This document shows, in pieces, positions 15,058-19,539 of a stretch of DNA of 19,539 nucleotides. Numbering within the stretch: position 1 is the stretch's first letter; the number at the start of each line of letters is the position of its first letter. A program made the position numbers and the translations under genes. The notes below the pieces were generated by a model, which saw nothing but the letters and a program-made list of their open reading frames with translations, was not told where the DNA came from and did not search any database. Origin of the DNA: Alphaproteobacteria bacterium (lineage in GTDB: Bacteria > Pseudomonadota > Alphaproteobacteria > CAAHEQ01 > UBA3637); assembly GCA_045605805.1 (NCBI GenBank), contig JAZUQR010000001.1, positions 1-19,539 on the forward strand, given 5' to 3'.

Positions 15058-15086
15058 AGTATAGCACACTTACTTGCTTGACACAA
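15058..15086 (-). promoter_or_regulatory. Promoter predicting a leaderless transcript of the RNHCP gene
   Basis: TTGTGT (15086-15081, inside the glgX 3' end), 17 bp spacer, TGc-TATACT (15063-15058), 6 nt, ATG 15051. No SD. Confidence 0.65.
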
Positions 15087-17121
15087 GTTTTTTCTTTTCT
15101 TTGAACACAACCACAGACCATGCCGGCACTTTTAAGGTATTTCCCTTACAACACACATGTTCTGTGGACAAGGCCACCTGCCATTCCATATTGGCCGAAG
15201 GAGAGGGTAAAATCCAATTCAAATCGCCCTCATAACCATTAAAGATAAAAAACAAATTGCCTGATTTTTGTTTGATGCGACAAGAAAGTGCCCGCACAAA
15301 GGCTTGAAAATCTTTGTTATACATATGTCCACCATCGGGCTTGAACCAAGCACATTGTTCCGAAGACAGAAAGTTATCTTGATGCATCACTTCGTTCTCG
15401 TTTCTAAAACGCATCAACTCTTTGACAAGTTTTAACATTTTTTTACCGTCTGGGGATACATCTTTCCAATCTGTCCATGACAAGGCATTATCTTGGGCAT
15501 ACAGGTTGTTATTGCCACTGTTAGATTGCAACACTTCGTCACCGGAACGAATCATTTGTGTGCCCATAGACAGCAAGAGTGAGGCCATCAACCCTTTGGC
15601 TCGGGCAAAGCGGTTTTTAAGGATTTCAGGATTTGTTGTTGGCCCTTCTTCGCCCCCATTCCACGAGGCATTATAATCCCGCCCATCCCTGTTATCTTCT
15701 TGATTGGCTTCGTTATGCTTTTGATTATAGCTGACTAAATCGGCCAGCGAAAAACCATCATGCGCTGTGATAAAATTGATGGATTCCCACGATTTTCGCC
15801 CATTTTTATCATATAAATCAGGCGATCCCAAAAAACGGGTTTTGAACGCTTCCGCCTGACCCATTTCTCCTTTCCAGAAGCGACGCATTGTATCCCGAAA
15901 CTGATCATTCCATTCGGCCCACCCAGGGCGGAAAGTGCCAACTTGATAGCCGTCATTCCCCAAATCCCACGGTTCGGCAATGAGTTTTAGGCGTTGCAGC
16001 ACAGGATCTTGCTGAACAACAGACAAAAAATCGTTATTCCGTGTAAATGTATTTTCTTCATCTCGGGCCAATGTGGTAGCCAAATCAAAACGGAAGCCAT
16101 CAATTTGCATGGCGTTTGCCCAATAACGCAACGAATCCATCACCAATTGCAATACACGGGGGTGTTCCAAATTAAAACTTGCCCCACATCCGGTTGTATC
16201 TTCATAAAAACGTGGTTCGTCTTTTTTGACACGATAGTAAACCGTATTGTCAATGCCCCGATAGCACAATGTTGGCCCCATCTGATTCCCTTCGGCTGTA
16301 TGGTTATAGACCACATCCAAAATCACTTCTATCCCTGCTTCATGTAAAGTACGCACAGCCCATTTTATTTCCGAGGTTGCCCCTGTTGCCAAATAAGGCG
16401 TATGAGGTGCCATAAACAAAATGGGATCATATCCCCAATAGTTGGTCAAACCTTTTGCCTTTAACACGCCATCTGTTCGAAAGCTGGCAATCGGTAACAA
16501 TTCTACTGCTGTAATCCCTAACGATTTTAAATATTGAATCACTTTTTTGGTCGAAATTCCATCAAAAGTTCCTCTCAACGCCTTATCAACCTCTGGATTT
16601 AGCGCAGTAAAACCTTTGACATGTGTTTCATAGATAACCTCCTCACTCCAAGGAGTTTTGGGTTTATCAACACCCTTCCAATCAAAATAATTTTCATCCA
16701 CCACAATACATTTAGGCATCACATCAGCACTGTTCACACGGGAAAAGGACAAATCTTGCTTCTCGCTGGTTGCGATATATCCTAAATGGGCATTATTGGC
16801 TTGGACAGGGGCTGTCAATTTTTTACAGTAAGGATCCAGCACCAATTTATTGGGGTTAAAACGCATTCCCTTTTCCGGCTCATAAGGGCCATACACCCGA
16901 TAGCCATAGCGTTGCCCCCATTTGATACCTTTGATGTATCCATGAAACACTTCGTCCGTATAGTTGGGCAAAACAATGCGTTCTTCATGTTTGCCTTCAT
17001 GGTCAAAAAGGCACAGTTCCACTTTGGTGGCATGCTTTGAAAACAGGGCAAAATTGACACCGTTTGCATCAACTGTGGCCCCCAAGGGGTAAGGCAATCC
17101 TGCAAAAACTTTGTATGTCAT
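15070..17121 (-). CDS. glgX: Glycogen debranching enzyme (GH13, isoamylase type)
   Basis: PYPLGAT..GVNFALFS, NYWGYD, DVVYNHTAEG; catalytic regions GFRFDLA, IAEPWD and FITAHDGF; NNNLYAQDN. ATGA overlap with glgB. Confidence 0.96.
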   Translation of the reverse strand: MTYKVFAGLPYPLGATVDANGVNFALFSKHATKVELCLFDHEGKHEERIVLPNYTDEVFHGYIKGIKWGQRYGYRVYGPYEPEKGMRFNPNKLVLDPYCKKLTAPVQANNAHLGYIATSEKQDLSFSRVNSADVMPKCIVVDENYFDWKGVDKPKTPWSEEVIYETHVKGFTALNPEVDKALRGTFDGISTKKVIQYLKSLGITAVELLPIASFRTDGVLKAKGLTNYWGYDPILFMAPHTPYLATGATSEIKWAVRTLHEAGIEVILDVVYNHTAEGNQMGPTLCYRGIDNTVYYRVKKDEPRFYEDTTGCGASFNLEHPRVLQLVMDSLRYWANAMQIDGFRFDLATTLARDEENTFTRNNDFLSVVQQDPVLQRLKLIAEPWDLGNDGYQVGTFRPGWAEWNDQFRDTMRRFWKGEMGQAEAFKTRFLGSPDLYDKNGRKSWESINFITAHDGFSLADLVSYNQKHNEANQEDNRDGRDYNASWNGGEEGPTTNPEILKNRFARAKGLMASLLLSMGTQMIRSGDEVLQSNSGNNNLYAQDNALSWTDWKDVSPDGKKMLKLVKELMRFRNENEVMHQDNFLSSEQCAWFKPDGGHMYNKDFQAFVRALSCRIKQKSGNLFFIFNGYEGDLNWILPSPSANMEWQVALSTEHVCCKGNTLKVPAWSVVVFKEKKKLVSSK

Positions 17122-19313
17122 CGTTTGATACTTTCCCCTTTTTCTTTCAATTCAAACACCACAACAGCCAAGGGGGGCAAAACCGCCTGAATAGCATACG
17201 GCTTAAAGTTCCACCCTGGTTCTTCGGTTGTGATTTGTCCCACATTTGTCACACCGGACCCTTGATACTTTTTGTCATCCGAATTGAACACTTCTTCATA
17301 AATACCCGATTCGGCAACGCCTATTCTGTAATTATATCGTGGGACAGGGGTGAAATTACAAGCCACAATCAAAGTTTTACCGCTTTTATCTTTGCGCATA
17401 AATGTGAAACAGGAATTATCACAATCCGCCCCATCAATCCATTCAAAGCCATCGGCTTCTGTATCTTGACTGTATAATTGCGGATGTGTTTTATAAAAAG
17501 TATTTAAGTCTTTCACAACTTCTTGCACCCCTTGATGGAAAGGAAAGTTCAACAAGTTCCATTGTAATTCGGCTTGATAATCCCATTCTTTGGTGGCTCC
17601 AAACTCATCCCCCATAAACAACAGCTTTTTTCCGGGACTCATAAACATATACGCATAATAGGCACGCAGGTTGGCAAAGCGTTGCCACTCATCGCCTGTC
17701 ATACGGGTTAAAATGGTTCCTTTTCCATGCACTACTTCATCATGTGACAGCGGTAAGACAAAGTTTTCCGTAAAAGCATACAAAAAACCAAAAGTCAATT
17801 TATCGTGATGATATTTTCGGTTCAACGAATCTTCTTTCATATAGTTCAATGTATCGTGCATCCAACCCATATTCCATTTGAACCCAAAGCCCAAACCGCC
17901 CAAATATGTGGGGCGTGAAACCATTGGCCATGCGGTTGATTCTTCGGCAAAGGTGGTTGCGCCTGAGTTTTCGGCAAAAACCAATTCATTCAATCGCCGC
18001 AAAAAGGCAATTGCTTCCAAATTTTCACGCCCGCCATATTTGTTTGGAATCCATTCACCTTCTTTGCGAGAATAGTCCAAATAAAGCATACTGGCCACCG
18101 CATCCACACGCAGGGCATCTATATGATACTCCCGAATCCAAAACAGGGCATTCGCCAGCAAAAAGTTAGCCACTTCGTTTCGGCCATAGTTATAGATTTT
18201 TGTTCCCCAATCTTTGTGTTCACCCAATTTGGGATTGGCGTGTTCATAAAGAGCTGTGCCATCAAAATTGACCAAGCCAAACGCATCTTTTGGAAAATGG
18301 GCCGGCACCCAATCCATAATCACACCGATATCCGCTTCGTGCAATTTATCAATCAGATATCTGAAATCTCCTGGTGTGCCATAGCGACTTGTGGGAGCAT
18401 AAAGACCTGTTTCTTGATAACCCCAACTGCCATCAAAAGGATACTCCGCCAAGGGCAAAAACTCCACATGTGTGAACCCCATTTCTTTGATATATTTTGG
18501 CAATGCATCGGCCATTTCCAGATAAGTCAGCCAACGGCCATCTTTTTGTTTCCACGAACCGGCATGGACTTCATAGATGGAAATGGGGGCAGTTCTATCG
18601 TTCTTTTCGGCCCGTTTTTTCATCCATACTTCGTCATGCCAAGTATAGTTGTTGATATCATAAACCAAACTGCCGGCTTTGGGGCGCACTTCGGACACAA
18701 AAGCAAAAGGATCTGCCTTTAAGGGTAGCAACCGCCCCTCTTTATCCGTCAATTCATATTTATAGATATCCCATTCGGCAAGGTGCGGGATAAAGATTTC
18801 CCAGATTCCGCTTGCGCCACGGGGGCGCATCATATGACGACGACCGTCCCAATTATTAAAATTACCCACCACACTGACTCGGGAGGCGTTGGGTGCCCAA
18901 ACAGCAAAGGATACGCCTTGCACACCTTGATGTTGAATCAGATGTGCCCCCAGCTTTTTGTATATTTCAAAGTGATTTCCTTCGTTATACAGGTATAAAT
19001 CCGTTTCTCCCAGAACAGGTAAAAAACTGTATGGGTCGGGGGTGATTTGAATGCTGTCATCCCACCAAATGATTTTTAAGCGATAGGGGGTATAGTCTTT
19101 TTTGTGCAAATTCAATTCAAAATATCCGTCATTCAGCTGACGGACCATTTCGCCTAAATCCGTTCCGTCAAGACTTTGAATAAACACCGCTTTTGCCCCA
19201 GGCTGAATGGTGCGAATGACCCATCCGTTCTCGGTTTGATGTTCCCCTAAAAAAGAAAACGGATCCCCTTTGAAAGTGCCGGATAAAATTGCGTGTGCTT
19301 GACTTAAAGACAT
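17118..19313 (-). CDS. glgB: 1,4-alpha-glucan branching enzyme (GH13), 731 aa
   Basis: DPFSFLG, FAVWAPNA, IYEVHAGSW, DWVPAHFP, LRVDAVASM, AEESTAW and PLSHDEVVHGK. ATG 19313 follows AGAGGGA. Confidence 0.97.
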   Translation of the reverse strand: MSLSQAHAILSGTFKGDPFSFLGEHQTENGWVIRTIQPGAKAVFIQSLDGTDLGEMVRQLNDGYFELNLHKKDYTPYRLKIIWWDDSIQITPDPYSFLPVLGETDLYLYNEGNHFEIYKKLGAHLIQHQGVQGVSFAVWAPNASRVSVVGNFNNWDGRRHMMRPRGASGIWEIFIPHLAEWDIYKYELTDKEGRLLPLKADPFAFVSEVRPKAGSLVYDINNYTWHDEVWMKKRAEKNDRTAPISIYEVHAGSWKQKDGRWLTYLEMADALPKYIKEMGFTHVEFLPLAEYPFDGSWGYQETGLYAPTSRYGTPGDFRYLIDKLHEADIGVIMDWVPAHFPKDAFGLVNFDGTALYEHANPKLGEHKDWGTKIYNYGRNEVANFLLANALFWIREYHIDALRVDAVASMLYLDYSRKEGEWIPNKYGGRENLEAIAFLRRLNELVFAENSGATTFAEESTAWPMVSRPTYLGGLGFGFKWNMGWMHDTLNYMKEDSLNRKYHHDKLTFGFLYAFTENFVLPLSHDEVVHGKGTILTRMTGDEWQRFANLRAYYAYMFMSPGKKLLFMGDEFGATKEWDYQAELQWNLLNFPFHQGVQEVVKDLNTFYKTHPQLYSQDTEADGFEWIDGADCDNSCFTFMRKDKSGKTLIVACNFTPVPRYNYRIGVAESGIYEEVFNSDDKKYQGSGVTNVGQITTEEPGWNFKPYAIQAVLPPLAVVVFELKEKGESIKR

Positions 19314-19333
19314 AGTTCCCCTTTTTTTTATTA

Positions 19334-19362
19334 CAGATAGCACACTTTTGCCCAAAACACAA
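19334..19362 (-). promoter_or_regulatory. Putative promoter of glgBX
   Basis: TTGTGT (19362-19357), 17 bp spacer, TGc-TATCTG (19339-19334), lying just downstream of a terminator. Confidence 0.5.
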
Positions 19363-19378
19363 GAACTTTTTATGCTTG

Positions 19379-19407
19379 AAAAAATCCCCCGCTTTTGGGT
19401 CGGGGGA
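19379..19407 (-). terminator. Intrinsic terminator of the upstream minus-strand gene
   Basis: TCCCCCG / CGGGGGA 7-bp stem (19385-19391 with 19401-19407), followed by T6 on the minus strand. Confidence 0.8.
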
Positions 19408-19430
19408 AGTTTTTACCAAGGAAACCGGAC

Positions 19431-19539
19431 TTAGCGGTCACTTCTGCCTTTTGTTGGCAAGCGACGGCTTGTTCCCGTTGCAATGGCCGACAATTTGGCT
19501 CTGAATCCCGTACGCACCTTTGTTGTGTCATTCGGTTCT
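19431..19539 (-). CDS. 3' end of an unidentified gene (partial)
   Basis: Open frame ...EPNDTTKVRTGFRAKLSAIATGTSRRLPTKGRSDR-TAA (19433-19431), followed by the terminator. Only 35 codons are visible, so the frame is not certain. Confidence 0.55.
   Translation of the reverse strand, partial: EPNDTTKVRTGFRAKLSAIATGTSRRLPTKGRSDR

Noticed and set aside
9232-19329. A/T homopolymer runs of 7-9 nt as contingency loci
   Set aside because: Expected in AT-rich sequence, and the affected genes are intact; only the G10 tract stands out.
520-19419. Numerous 60-200 aa ORFs overlapping the called genes (e.g. 18123..18722, 17064..17477, 13373..13777, 4114..4443)
   Set aside because: These are antisense or off-frame shadows of well-supported genes, without recognisable motifs.

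Overview
AT-rich bacterial chromosome segment. It is most likely from an alphaproteobacterium, inferred from alpha-type ParE, two-Cys DksA, rpsF-rpsR-rplI without ssb/priB, and bamE divergent from yceD. The core part (5.66-19.3 kb) carries yceD, bamE, parE, an archaeal-type cytidylate kinase, radC, a Sel1-like protein, rpsF-rpsR-rplI, yacG, dksA, an RNHCP-domain gene, glgB-glgX and two orphan genes. The left 5.6 kb is accessory. It holds a partial gene (not in the ORF track) whose N-terminal domain looks like a diversity-generating retroelement (DGR) variable region, a 760-aa protein with an unknown N-domain plus 19 exact 22-aa LRRs, and an 857-aa autotransporter. The strongest new observation is upstream of the autotransporter: promoter, SD-led leader ORF containing a G10 tract, terminator-like hairpin, then the autotransporter start. 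Only the present G10 frame translates through the hairpin, which suggests a slippage-controlled attenuation (phase-variation) switch. All family assignments come from motif recognition by eye; no searches were run.
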